DNA of 64,000 nucleotides from the human T2T-CHM13v2.0 reference genome, Homo sapiens. The translations under genes and the position numbers were made by a program. Under the pieces are notes generated by a model, which saw nothing but the letters and a program-made list of their open reading frames with translations, was not told the origin of the DNA and did no database searches. The stretch lies in the NCBI RefSeq assembly GCF_009914755.1, contig NC_060948.1. One strand, 5' to 3'. Positions 27,901 through 42,757 of this stretch are shown piece after piece (the first letter of the stretch is position 1; each line of letters begins with the position of its first letter).

Positions 27901-28506
27901 GGAATGGAATGGAATGGAATGGGCTGGAATGGAAAGGAATCGAAACGAATGGAATGGAATCGAACTGAAGAGACTGGAATGGAATGCACTGGAATGGAAG
28001 GGAGTGTAATGGAAGGTTCTCGAAGAAAATGGAATCGAATGGAATGCAATTGAATGGAACGGAATAGAGTCGAATGCAATTGAATGGAATGGAATGGACT
28101 AGAGTGAAATGGAATCGAACCACAAGGAATGGACAGGAATAGAATGGTCTCGAATTGAATGGAATCGTATGGAATGGCATGAAACGGAATGGAATGGACA
28201 GCCACGGAATGGAATGCACTCGAATGCAATGGAGTCGAAACTAATGGACTGGAATAGAATGGACTCGACTGGTACGGACTCCAATGGAATGGAATCGAAT
28301 GGAAGGGAATCGAACGGAAGGGAATCGAACGGAATGGACTCGAAGGGAAAAGACTGCAATGGAAAGGTCTCGAATGGAATGGAAATTAATGGAATGGAAT
28401 GGAATCGAATGAAATAGAGTCAAAAGGAATGGAATCGAATGGCAAGAAATCGAATGTAATGGAATCGCAAGGAATTGATGTGAACGGAACGGAATGGAAT
28501 GGAATC
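24933..28506 (+). repeat. DYZ1 unit U8 (3574 bp; dimer member A)
   Basis: Landmark at 24955, next at 28529. Confidence 0.92.
27061..27075. promoter_or_regulatory. Gained heat-shock element motif (tGAAagTTCtcGAAa) in U8; second copy at 34204-34218 in U10
   Basis: Most other units read tgaaagggctcgaaa; a GG>TT change creates an exact HSE match. Confidence 0.45.
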
Positions 28507-31500
28507 CAAAGGAATGGAATAGAATGGAATGGAATCGAATGGAAAGGACTCGAATGGAAATCACTCGAATAGAATGCAATTTAATAAAATAGGATCAAAT
28601 GTAATGGAATGGAATGGAAAGGAATCGAAACGAAAGGAATGGAGACAGATGGAATGGAATGGAACAGAGAGCAATGGTATAGAACGGAATGGAATCATCT
28701 GGAATGGAATTGAATGGAATGGAATAATATGAAATGGAAAGGAATGGAATGGAATGCCCTTGAATTAAATGGACTGCAATGGAATGGACTCGAACAGAGT
28801 GGAATGGAAAGTGTTGAAATAGAATGGAATTGACTCGTTTGGAATGGTCTAGTATGCAATGCAATCGACTGGCAGGGAATCAAAAGGAATGTAATCGAAT
28901 GGATTGGACTGGAATGCAATGGACTCGAATAGATTGGAAACGGAATGCAAAGGAATGGAATGGAATAGTATGGAATGGAATGGAAAGGAATGGAGTGGAA
29001 TAGACTAGAGTGGAATGGAATGGACTTGAAAGCAATGGACTGGAATGGAACTTTCTTGAATGGACTGGAACCAAACGGAATGGAATGCAATGCAATCAAA
29101 TGGCATGGAATAAGATAGAATGAAAGAGAATCAAATGGAATTGAATCGAATGGAATCGAATGGATTGGAAAGGAATAGAATGGAATGGAATGGAATTGAC
29201 TCAAATGGAATGGACTAGAATGGAATGGATTCGAATGGAAGACAAAGGAATGGAATCTATTGGAATGGACTGTAATGGAATGGAATGGAAGGGATTGGAA
29301 TGGATTCGAATGGAATGGACTGCAATAGAAAGGATTCGAATGGAATGAAAAAGAATTGAATGGAATAGAACAGAATGGAATCAAATCGAATGAAATGGAA
29401 TGGAATAGAAAGGAATGGAATGAAATGGAATGGAAAGGATTCGAATGGAATGCAATCGAATGGAATGGAATCGAACGGAATGGAATAAAATGGAAGAAAA
29501 CTGGCAAGAAATGGAATCGAAATGAATGGAGTGTTATGGAACGGACTCAAAAGGAATTGAATGTAATAGAATGGAGTGGAGTGGACTCGAATATAATGGA
29601 CTGGAATGGAATGAAATCACATGGAATGGGAACGAATGGAATGGAATGGAAAGGAATGGAATCGAATGGAAAGGAATCGAATGGAAGGGAATGAAATTGA
29701 ATCAACAGGAATGGAAGGGAATAGAATAGACGGTAATGGAATGGACTCGAATAGAATGGACACGAATGCTCAAATTGAATGGACTCGAATGGAATGGAAA
29801 CGAAAGGAATGTCATCGAATGGAATTGAATCGATTGGAATGAAATCGCATAGAATGGAGTGGAATCAAATGGAATTGAATCGAAAGGAAAGGAAGCGAAT
29901 GGACTGAAATGAAATGGAATGGAATTGAATGGAAAGTAATGCAATGGAATAGAATGGAACGAAATTTCACGGAATGGAATCAAACTGAATGGAATCAAAT
30001 CAATGGAATCTAATCAAATGGAATGGAAAGGAATTGAATGGAGTAGATTGGATTGGATGGGATTGGAATGAAATGTACTGGAAAGGACTCGAATTTCATG
30101 AAACGGAATGGAATGAATTGGAACGGAATGGACTCGAATGGAATGGAATGTCATGGAATGGCATCAAATGGAATGGCATCAAATGGAATGGAATCGAATG
30201 CAATGGAATGCTATGGAATGGAATGGAATGCATTGGAATGGAATGTCCTCTAATGGAATGGATTCGAGTGGAATGGAATCGAATATAATGGAGTCGAATG
30301 AAATGGAATTGAAAAGAATGGGATCGAATACAATGGAATATACTGGAATGTAATGTAATGAACTCGAATGTAATAGACTGGAATGGAATGTACATGAATG
30401 GAATGTAATCGAATGGAAAGTAATCCAATGGAATAGAATCTAATGCAATAAAATCGACTCAGATAGTGTAGAATGTAATGGAATGGAGTGCAGTGCAATG
30501 GAATGGAATGGAATGGAATGCAATGGAATGGAATGGAATGGAATGGAATGGAATGGAATGGAATGGAATGGAATGGGATGGAATGGTATGGAATGGATTG
30601 TAATGGAGTGGAATGAAATGGACTGGAAAAGAATGGACTCAAATTGAAAGGGCTCTAAAGGAATGGAGTCAAATGGAATGGTCTGGAATGGAATGAACAC
30701 GCATGTAATGCAATCCAATAGAATGGAATCGAATGGCATGGAATATAAAGAAATGGAATCGAAGAGAATGGAAACAAATGGAATGGAATTGAATGGAATG
30801 CAATTGAATGGAATGGGAAGGAATGGAGTGAAATTGTATGCAGTAGAAGAGAATAGAATGGAATGCAAGCGAAAGGAAAGGAATGGATTGCAATGGAATG
30901 GAATTCATTGGAATGGAAGGGAATGTAGTGTAATGGACAGGCCTGGAATAAAGTGGAATGCTACGGTCTCGAATGGAATAAAAATGTATGGAATGGAATG
31001 CAATGAAACGGAATCGAATGTCATGGAATGTAATGGAATGCAAAAAAATGGAATCCAAAATCATTGACTGGAAAGGCTGGGTGTCGAAAGGAATTGACTC
31101 CAATGGAATGGAATCGAATGGAATGGAAGTGAATAGAATCGAACTAAATCGAATGGAATGGAATTGATAGGAACGGAATGGAAAGGAATGCAATGATTTG
31201 GCATGGAATGGAATCAAATGGCATCGAATGGAATGGAATGGAATGCAATGGAATGGACTGTATTAGAATGTAATGAACATTAATGGAATGTACTCGAATG
31301 GATTCGACTGGAATGGAATGTTCTGGAAGTGAATGGACTCCAATGGAATGGATTCGAAAGGAATGGAATCGAACGGAATGGAATCTAATGGAATGGAATT
31401 AAATGGAAATGAATCAAATTGAATAGCACGGAATTGAATTGAATGGAATCGAATGCAATGGAATCTAATGAAACGGAAAGGAAAGGAATGGAATGGAATG

Positions 31501-32075
31501 GAATGGGCTGGAATGGAAAGGAATCGAAACGAATGGAATGGAATCGAACTGAAGAGACTGGAATGGAATGCACTGGAATGGAAGGGAGTGTAATGGAAGG
31601 TTCTCGAAAAAAATGGAATCGAATGGAATGGAATTGAATGGAACGGAATAGAGTCGCATGGAATTGAATGGAATGGAATGGACTAGAGTGAAATGGAATC
31701 GAACGAAAAGGAATGGACAGGAATAGAATGGTCTCGAATTGAATGGAATCGTATGGAATGGCATCAAACGGAATGGAATGGACAGCCACGGAATGGAATG
31801 CACTCGAATGCAATGGAGTCGAAACTAATGGACTGGAATAGAATGGACTCGACTGGTACGGACTCCAATGGAATGGAATCGAATGGAAGGGAATCGAACG
31901 GAATGGACTCGAAGGGAAAAGACTGCAATGGAAAGGTCTCGAATGGAATGGAAATTAATGGAATGGAATGGAATCGAATGAAATGGAGTCAAAAGGAATG
32001 GAATCGAATGGCAAGAAATCGAATGTAATGGAATCGCAAGGAATTGATGTGAACGGAACGGAATGGAATGGAATC
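28507..32075 (+). repeat. DYZ1 unit U9 (3569 bp; dimer member B)
   Basis: Landmark at 28529, next at 32098. Confidence 0.92.
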
Positions 32076-35000
32076 CAAAGGAATGGAATAGAATGGAATG
32101 GAATCGAATGGAAAGGACTCGAATGGAAATCACTCGAATAGAATGCAATTTAATAAAATAGGATCAAATGTAATAGAATGGAATGGAAAGGAATCGAAAC
32201 GGAAGGAATGGAGACAGATGGAATGGAATGGAACAGAGAGCAATGGTATAGAATGGAATGGAATCATCTGGAATGGAATTGAATGGAATGGAATGATATG
32301 AAATGGAATGGAATGGAATGGAATGGAATGCCCTTGAATTAAATGGACTGGACTCGAACAGAGTGGAATGGAAAGTGTTGAGATAGAATGGAATGGACTC
32401 CTTTGGAATGGTGTAGTATGCAATGCAATCGACTGGCAGGGAATCAAAAGGAATGTAATGGAATGGATTGGACTGGAATGCAATGGACTCGAATAGATTG
32501 GAAACGGAATGCAAAGGAATGGAATGGAATAGTATGGAATGCAATGGAAGGGAATGGAGTGGAATAGACTAGAGTGGAATGGAATGGACTGGAAAGCAAT
32601 GGACTGGAATGGAACTTTCTTGGATGGACTGGAATCAAACGGAATGTAATGCAATGCAATCAAATGGCATGGAATAAAATAGAATGAAAGAGAATCAAAT
32701 GGAATTGAATCGAATGGAATCGAATGGATTGGAAAGGAATAGAATGGAATGGAATGGAATTGACTCAAATGGAATGGACTAGAATGGAATGGATTCGAAT
32801 GGAAGGCAAAGGAATGGAATCTATTGGAATGGACTGTAATGGAATGGAATGGAAGGGATTGGAATGGACTCGAATGGAATGGACTGCAATAGAAAGGATT
32901 CGAATGGAATGAAAAAGAATTGAATGGAATAGAACAGAATGGAATGAAATCGAATGAAATGGAATGGAATAGAAAGGAATGGAATGAAATGGAATGGAAA
33001 GGATTCGAATGGAATGCAATCGAATGGAATGGAATCGAACGGAATGGAATAAAATGGAAGAAAACTGGCAAGAAATGGAATCGAAATGAATGGAGTGTTA
33101 TGGAACGGACTCAAAAGGAATTGAATGTAATAGAATGGAGTGGAGTGGACTCGAATATAATGGACTGGAATGGAATGAAATCACATGGAATGGGAACGAA
33201 TGGAATGGAATGGAAAGGAATGGAATCGAATGGAAAGGAATCGAATGGAAGGGAATGAAATTGAATCAACAGGAATGGAAGGGAATAGAATAGACGGTAA
33301 TGGAATGGACTCGAATAGAATGGACACGAATGCTCAAATTGAATGGACTCGAATGGAATGGAAACGAAAGGAATGTCATCGAATGGAATTGAATCGATTG
33401 GAATGAAATCGCATAGAATGGAGTGGAATCAAATGGAATTGAATCGAAAGGAAAGGAAGCGAATGGACTGAAATGAAATGGAATGGAATTGAATGGAAAG
33501 TAATGCAATGGAATAGAATGGAACGAAATTTCACGGAATGGAATCAAACTGAATGGAATCAAATCAATGGAATCTAATCAAATGGAATGGAAAGGAATTG
33601 AATGGAGTAGATTGGATTGGATGGGATTGGAATGAAATGTACTGGAAAGGACTCGAATTTCATGAAACGGAATGGAATGAATTGGAACGGAATGGACTCG
33701 AATGGAATGGAATGTCATAGAATGGTATCAAATGGAATGGCATCAAATGGAATGGAATCGAATGCAATGGAATGCTATGGAATGGAATGGAATGCATTGG
33801 AATGGAATGTCCTCTAATGGAATGGATTCGAGTGGAATGGAATCGAATATAATGGAGTCGAATGAAATGGAATTGAAAGGAATCGGATGGAATACAATGG
33901 AATATACTGGAATGTAATGTAATGAACTCGAATATAATTGACTGGAATGGAATGTACATGAGTGGAATGTAATCGAATGGAAAGTAATCCAATGGAATAG
34001 AATCTAATGCAATAAAATCGACTCAGATAGAGTAGAATGTAATGGAATGGAGTGCAGTGCAATGGAATGGAATGGAATGGAATGCAATGGAATGGAATGG
34101 AATGGAATGGAATGGAATGGAATGGAATGGAATGGGATGGAATGGTATGGAATGGATAGTAATGGACTGGAGTGAAATGGACTGGAAAGGAATGGACTCA
34201 AATTGAAAGTTCTCGAAAGGAATGGAGTCAAATGGAATGGTCTGGAATGGAATGAACACGAATGTAATGCAATCCAATAGAATGGAATCGAATGGCATGG
34301 AATATAAAGAAATGGAATCGAAGAGAATGGAAACAAATGGAATGGAATTGAATGGAATGGAATTGAATGGAATGTGAACGAATGGAGTGAAATTGTATGC
34401 AGTAGAAGAGAATAGAATGGAATGCAAGCGAAAGGAAAGGAATGGATTGGAATGGAATGGAATTCATTGGAATGGAAGGGAATGTAGTGTAATGGACAGG
34501 CCTGGAATAAAGTGGAATGCTACAGTCTCGAATGGAATAAAAATGTATGGAATGGAATGCAATGAAACGGAATCGAATGTCATAGAATGTAATGGAATGC
34601 AAAAAAATGGAATCCAAAATCATTGAATGCAAAGGCTGGATGTCGAAAGGAATTGACTCCAATGGAATGGAATCGAATGGAATGGAAGTGAATAGAATCG
34701 AACTAAATCGAATGGAATGGAATTGATAGGAACGGAATGGAAAGGAATGCAATGATTTGGCATGGAATGGAATCGAATGGCATCGAATGGAATGGAATGG
34801 AATGCAATGGAATGGAATGTATTAGAATGTAATGAACTTTAATGGAATGTACTCGAATGGATTCGACTGGAATGGAATGTTCTGGAAGTGAATGGACTCC
34901 AATGGAATGGATTCAAAAGGAATGGAATCGTACGGAATGGAATCCAATGGAATGGAATTAAATGGAAATGAATCAAATTGAATAGCACGGAATTGAATTG

Positions 35001-35649
35001 AATGGAATTGAATGCAATGGAATCTAATGAAACGGAAAGCAAAGGAATGGAATGGAATGGAATGGGCTGGAATGGAAAGGAATCGAAACGAATGGAATGG
35101 AATCGAACTGAAGAGACTGGAATGGAATGCACTGGAATGGAAGGGAGTGTAATGGAAGGTTCTCGAAGAAAATGGAATCGAATGGAATGCAATTGAATGG
35201 AACGGAATAGAGTCGAATGCAATTGAATGGAATGGAATGGACTAGAGTGAAATGGAATCGAACCACAAGGAATGGACAGGAATAGAATGGTCTCGAATTG
35301 AATGGAATCGTATGGAATGGCATGAAACGGAATGGAATGGACAGCCACGGAATGGAATGCACTCGAATGCAATGGAGTCGAAACTAATGGACTGGAATAG
35401 AATGGACTCGACTGGTACGGACTCCAATGGAATGGAATCGAATGGAAGGGAATCGAACGGAAGGGAATCGAACGGAATGGACTCGAAGGGAAAAGACTGC
35501 AATGGAAAGGTCTCGAATGGAATGGAAATTAATGGAATGGAATGGAATCGAATGAAATAGAGTCAAAAGGAATGGAATCGAATGGCAAGAAATCGAATGT
35601 AATGGAATCGCAAGGAATTGATGTGAACGGAACGGAATGGAATGGAATC
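32076..35649 (+). repeat. DYZ1 unit U10 (3574 bp; dimer member A)
   Basis: Landmark at 32098, next at 35672. Confidence 0.92.
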
Positions 35650-38600
35650 CAAAGGAATGGAATAGAATGGAATGGAATCGAATGGAAAGGACTCGAATGG
35701 AAATCACTCGAATAGAATGCAATTTAATAAAATAGGATCAAATGTAATGGAATGGAATGGAAAGGAATCGAAACGAAAGGAATGGAGACAGATGGAATGG
35801 AATGGAACAGAGAGCAATGGTATAGAACGGAATGGAATCATCTGGAATGGAATTGAATGGAATGGAATAATATGAAATGGAAAGGAATGGAATGGAATGC
35901 CCTTGAATTAAATGGACTGCAATGGAATGGACTCGAACAGAGTGGAATGGAAAGTGTTGAAATAGAATGGAATTGACTCGTTTGGAATGGTCTAGTATGC
36001 AATGCAATCGACTGGCAGGGAATCAAAAGGAATGTAATCGAATGGATTGGACTGGAATGCAATGGACTCGAATAGATTGGAAACGGAATGCAAAGGAATG
36101 GAATGGAATAGTATGGAATGGAATGGAAAGGAATGGAGTGGAATAGACTAGAGTGGAATGGAATGGACTTGAAAGCAATGGACTGGAATGGAACTTTCTT
36201 GAATGGACTGGAACCAAACGGAATGGAATGCAATGCAATCAAATGGCATGGAATAAGATAGAATGAAAGAGAATCAAATGGAATTGAATCGAATGGAATC
36301 GAATGGATTGGAAAGGAATAGAATGGAATGGAATGGAATTGACTCAAATGGAATGGACTAGAATGGAATGGATTCGAATGGAAGACAAAGGAATGGAATC
36401 TATTGGAATGGACTGTAATGGAATGGAATGGAAGGGATTGGAATGGATTCGAATGGAATGGACTGCAATAGAAAGGATTCGAATGGAATGAAAAAGAATT
36501 GAATGGAATAGAACAGAATGGAATCAAATCGAATGAAATGGAATGGAATAGAAAGGAATGGAATGAAATGGAATGGAAAGGATTCGAATGGAATGCAATC
36601 GAATGGAATGGAATCGAACGGAATGGAATAAAATGGAAGAAAACTGGCAAGAAATGGAATCGAAATGAATGGAGTGTTATGGAACGGACTCAAAAGGAAT
36701 TGAATGTAATAGAATGGAGTGGAGTGGACTCGAATATAATGGACTGGAATGGAATGAAATCACATGGAATGGGAACGAATGGAATGGAATGGAAAGGAAT
36801 GGAATCGAATGGAAAGGAATCGAATGGAAGGGAATGAAATTGAATCAACAGGAATGGAAGGGAATAGAATAGACGGTAATGGAATGGACTCGAATAGAAT
36901 GGACACGAATGCTCAAATTGAATGGACTCGAATGGAATGGAAACGAAAGGAATGTCATCGAATGGAATTGAATCGATTGGAATGAAATCGCATAGAATGG
37001 AGTGGAATCAAATGGAATTGAATCGAAAGGAAAGGAAGCGAATGGACTGAAATGAAATGGAATGGAATTGAATGGAAAGTAATGCAATGGAATAGAATGG
37101 AACGAAATTTCACGGAATGGAATCAAACTGAATGGAATCAAATCAATGGAATCTAATCAAATGGAATGGAAAGGAATTGAATGGAGTAGATTGGATTGGA
37201 TGGGATTGGAATGAAATGTACTGGAAAGGACTCGAATTTCATGAAACGGAATGGAATGAATTGGAACGGAATGGACTCGAATGGAATGGAATGTCATGGA
37301 ATGGCATCAAATGGAATGGCATCAAATGGAATGGAATCGAATGCAATGGAATGCTATGGAATGGAATGGAATGCATTGGAATGGAATGTCCTCTAATGGA
37401 ATGGATTCGAGTGGAATGGAATCGAATATAATGGAGTCGAATGAAATGGAATTGAAAAGAATGGGATCGAATACAATGGAATATACTGGAATGAAATGTA
37501 ATGAACTCGAATGTAATAGACTGGAATGGAATGTACATGAATGGAATGTAATCGAATGGAAAGTAATCCAATGGAATAGAATCTAATGCAATAAAATCGA
37601 CTCAGATAGTGTAGAATGTAATGGAATGGAGTGCAGTGCAATGGAATGGAATGGAATGGAATGCAATGGAATGGAATGGAATGGAATGGAATGGAATGGA
37701 ATGGAATGGAATGGAATGGGATGGAATGGTATGGAATGGATTGTAATGGAGTGGAATGAAATGGACTGGAAAAGAATGGACTCAAATTGAAAGGGCTCTA
37801 AAGGAATGGAGTCAAATGGAATGGTCTGGAATGGAATGAACACGCATGTAATGCAATCCAATAGAATGGAATCGAATGGCATGGAATATAAAGAAATGGA
37901 ATCGAAGAGAATGGAAACAAATGGAATGGAATTGAATGGAATGCAATTGAATGGAATGGGAAGGAATGGAGTGAAATTGTATGCAGTAGAAGAGAATAGA
38001 ATGGAATGCAAGCGAAAGGAAAGGAATGGATTGCAATGGAATGGAATTCATTGGAATGGAAGGGAATGTAGTGTAATGGACAGGCCTGGAATAAAGTGGA
38101 ATGCTACGGTCTCGAATGGAATAAAAATGTATGGAATGGAATGCAATGAAACGGAATCGAATGTCATGGAATGTAATGGAATGCAAAAAAATGGAATCCA
38201 AAATCATTGACTGGAAAGGCTGGGTGTCGAAAGGAATTGACTCCAATGGAATGGAATCGAATGGAATGGAAGTGAATAGAATCGAACTAAATCGAATGGA
38301 ATGGAATTGATAGGAACGGAATGGAAAGGAATGCAATGATTTGGCATGGAATGGAATCAAATGGCATCGAATGGAATGGAATGGAATGCAATGGAATGGA
38401 CTGTATTAGAATGTAATGAACATTAATGGAATGTACTCGAATGGATTCGACTGGAATGGAATGTTCTGGAAGTGAATGGACTCCAATGGAATGGATTCGA
38501 AAGGAATGGAATCGAACGGAATGGAATCTAATGGAATGGAATTAAATGGAAATGAATCAAATTGAATAGCACGGAATTGAATTGAATGGAATCGAATGCA

Positions 38601-39218
38601 ATGGAATCTAATGAAACGGAAAGGAAAGGAATGGAATGGAATGGAATGGGCTGGAATGGAAAGGAATCGAAACGAATGGAATGGAATCGAACTGAAGAGA
38701 CTGGAATGGAATGCACTGGAATGGAAGGGAGTGTAATGGAAGGTTCTCGAAAAAAATGGAATCGAATGGAATGGAATTGAATGGAACGGAATAGAGTCGC
38801 ATGGAATTGAATGGAATGGAATGGACTAGAGTGAAATGGAATCGAACGAAAAGGAATGGACAGGAATAGAATGGTCTCGAATTGAATGGAATCGTATGGA
38901 ATGGCATCAAACGGAATGGAATGGACAGCCACGGAATGGAATGCACTCGAATGCAATGGAGTCGAAACTAATGGACTGGAATAGAATGGACTCGACTGGT
39001 ACGGACTCCAATGGAATGGAATCGAATGGAAGGGAATCGAACGGAATGGACTCGAAGGGAAAAGACTGCAATGGAAAGGTCTCGAATGGAATGGAAATTA
39101 ATGGAATGGAATGGAATCGAATGAAATGGAGTCAAAAGGAATGGAATCGAATGGCAAGAAATCGAATGTAATGGAATCGCAAGGAATTGATGTGAACGGA
39201 ACGGAATGGAATGGAATC
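35650..39218 (+). repeat. DYZ1 unit U11 (3569 bp; dimer member B)
   Basis: Landmark at 35672, next at 39241. Confidence 0.92.
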
Positions 39219-42200
39219 CAAAGGAATGGAATAGAATGGAATGGAATCGAATGGAAAGGACTCGAATGGAAATCACTCGAATAGAATGCAATTTAATAAA
39301 ATAGGATCAAATGTAATAGAATGGAATGGAAAGGAATCGAAACGGAAGGAATGGAGACAGATGGAATGGAATGGAACAGAGAGCAATGGTATAGAATGGA
39401 ATGGAATCATCTGGAATGGAATTGAATGGAATGGAATGATATGAAATGGAATGGAATGGAATGGAATGGAATGCCCTTGAATTAAATGGACTGGACTCGA
39501 ACAGAGTGGAATGGAAAGTGTTGAGATAGAATGGAATGGACTCCTTTGGAATGGTGTAGTATGCAATGCAATCGACTGGCAGGGAATCAAAAGGAATGTA
39601 ATGGAATGGATTGGACTGGAATGCAATGGACTCGAATAGATTGGAAACGGAATGCAAAGGAATGGAATGGAATAGTATGGAATGCAATGGAAGGGAATGG
39701 AGTGGAATAGACTAGAGTGGAATGGAATGGACTGGAAAGCAATGGACTGGAATGGAACATTCTTGGATGGACTGGAATCAAACGGAATGTAATGCAATGC
39801 AATCAAATGGCATGGAATAAAATAGAATGAAAGAGAATCAAATGGAATTGAATCGAATGGAATCGAATGGATTGGAAAGGAATAGAATGGAATGGAATGG
39901 AATTGACTCAAATGGAATGGACTAGAATGGAATGGATTCGAATGGAAGGCAAAGGAATGGAATCTATTGGAATGGACTGTAATGGAATGGAATGGAAGGG
40001 ATTGGAATGGACTCGAATGGAATGGACTGCAATAGAAAGGATTCGAATGGAATGAAAAAGAATTGAATGGAATAGAACAGAATGGAATCAAATCGAATGA
40101 AATGGAATGGAATAGAAAGGAATGGAATGAAATGGAATGGAAAGGATTCGAATGGAATGCAATCGAATGGAATGGAATCGAACGGAATGGAATAAAATGG
40201 AAGAAAACTGGCAAGAAATGGAATCGAAATGAATGGAGTGTTATGGAACGGACTCAAAAGGAATTGAATGTAATAGAATGGAGTGGAGTGGACTCGAATA
40301 TAATGGACTGGAATGGAATGAAATCACATGGAATGGGAACGAATGGAATGGAATGGAAAGGAATGGAATCGAATGGAAAGGAATCGAATGGAAGGGAATG
40401 AAATTGAATCAACAGGAATGGAAGGGAATAGAATAGACGGTAATGGAATGGACTCGAATAGAATGGACACGAATGCTCAAATTGAATGGACTCGAATGGA
40501 ATGGAAACGAAAGGAATGTCATCGAATGGAATTGAATCGATTGGAATGAAATCGCATAGAATGGAGTGGAATCAAATGGAATTGAATCGAAAGGAAAGGA
40601 AGCGAATGGACTGAAATGAAATGGAATGGAATTGAATGGAAAGTAATGCAATGGAATAGAATGGAACGAAATTTCACGGAATGGAATCAAACTGAATGGA
40701 ATCAAATCAATGGAATCAAATCAAATGGAATGGAAAGGAATTGAATGGAGTAGATGGGATTGGATGGGATTGGAATGAAATGTACTGGAAAGGACTCGAA
40801 TTTCATGAAACGGAATGGAATGAATTGGAACGGAATGGACTCGAATGGAATGGAATGTCATGGAATGGCATCAAATGGAATGGCATCAAATGGAATGGAA
40901 TCGAATGCAATGGAATGCTATGGAATGGAATGGAATGCATTGGAATGGAATGTCCTCTAATGGAATGGATTCGAGTGGAATGGAATTGAATATAATGGAG
41001 TCGAATGAAATGGAATTGAAATCAATGGGATCGAATACAATGGAATATACTGGAATGTAACGTAATGAACTCGAATGTAATTGACTGGAATGGAATGTAC
41101 ATGAATGGAATGTAATCGAATGGAAAGTAATCCAATGGAATAGAATCTAATGCAATAAAATCGACTCAGATAGAGTAGAATGTAATGGAATGGAGTGCAG
41201 TGCAATGGAATGGAATGGAATGGAATGCAATGGAATGGAATGGAATGGAATGGAATGGGATGGAATGGTATGGAATGGATAGTAATGGACTGGAGTGAAA
41301 TGGACTGGAAAGGAATGGACTCAAATTGAAAGGGCTCGAAAGGAATGGAGACAAATGGAATGGTCTGGAATGGAATGAACACGAATGTAATGCAATCCAA
41401 TAGAATGGAGTCGAATGGCATGGAATATAAAGAAATGGAATCGAAGAGAATGGAAACAAATGGAATGGAATTGAATGGAATGGAATTGAATGGAATGGGA
41501 ACGAATGGAGTGAAATTGTATGCAGTAGAAGAGAATAGAATGGAATGCAAGCGAAAGGAAAGGAATGGATTGGAATGGAATGGAATTCATTGGAATGGAA
41601 GGGAATGTAGTGTAATGGACAGGCCTGGAATAAAGTGGAATGCTACGGTCTCGAATGGAATAAAAATGTATGGAATGGAATGCAATGAAACGGAATCGAA
41701 TGTCATAGAATGTAATGGAATGCAACAAAATGGAATCCAAAATCATTGACTGGAAAGGCTGGGTGTCGAAAGGAATTGACTCCAATGGAATGGAATCGAA
41801 TGGAATGGAAGTGAATAGAATCGAACTAAATCGAATGGAATGGAATTGATAGGAACGGAATGGAAAGGAATGCAATGATTTGGCATGGAATGGAATCGAA
41901 TGACATCGAATGGAATGGGATGGAATGCAATGGAATGGAATGTATTAGAATATAATGAACTTTAATGGAATGTACTCGAATGGATTCGACTGGAATGGAA
42001 TGTTCTGGAAGTGAATGGACTCCAATGGAATGGATTCAAAAGGAATGGAATCGTACGGAATGGAATCTAATGGAATGGAATTAAATGGAAATGAATCAAA
42101 TTGAATAGCACGGAATTGAATTGAATGGAATCGAATGAAATGGAATCTAATGAAACGGAAAAGAAAGGAATGCAATGGAATGGAATGGGCTGGAATGGAA

Positions 42201-42757
42201 AGGAATCGAAACGAATGGAATGGAATCGAACTGAAGAGACTGGAATGGAATGCACTGGAATGGAAGGGAGTGTAATGGAAGGTTCTCGAAAAAAATGGAA
42301 TCGAATGGAATGGAATTGAATGGAACGGAATAGAGTCGAATGGAATTGAATGGAATGGAATGGACTAGAGTGAAATGGAATCGAACCACAAGGAATGGAC
42401 AGGAATAGAATGGTCTCGAATTGAATGGAATCGTATGGAATGGCATCAAACGGAATGGAATGGACAGCCACGGAATGGAATGCACTCGAATGCAATGGAG
42501 TCGAAACTAATGGACTGGAATAGAATGGACTCGACTGGTACGGACTCCAATGGAATGGAATCGAATGGAAGGGAATCGAACGGAATGGACTCGAAGGGAA
42601 AAGACTGCAATGGAAAGGTCTCGAATGGAATGGAAATTAATGGAATGGAATGGAATCGAATGAAATGGAGTCAAAAGGAATGGAATCGAATGGCAAGAAA
42701 TCGAATGTAATGGAATCGCAAGGAATTGATGTGAACGGAACGGAATGGAATGGAATC
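39219..42757 (+). repeat. DYZ1 unit U12 (3539 bp)
   Basis: Landmark at 39241, next at 42780. Confidence 0.92.

Larger units (their letters stand above)
25760..40045 (+). repeat. Near-identical tandem duplication of a two-unit block, period 7143 bp (boundaries approximate)
   Basis: Private variants recur exactly 7143 bp apart, e.g. 27061/34204, 28316/35459, 28529/35672, 32098/39241. Confidence 0.85.
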
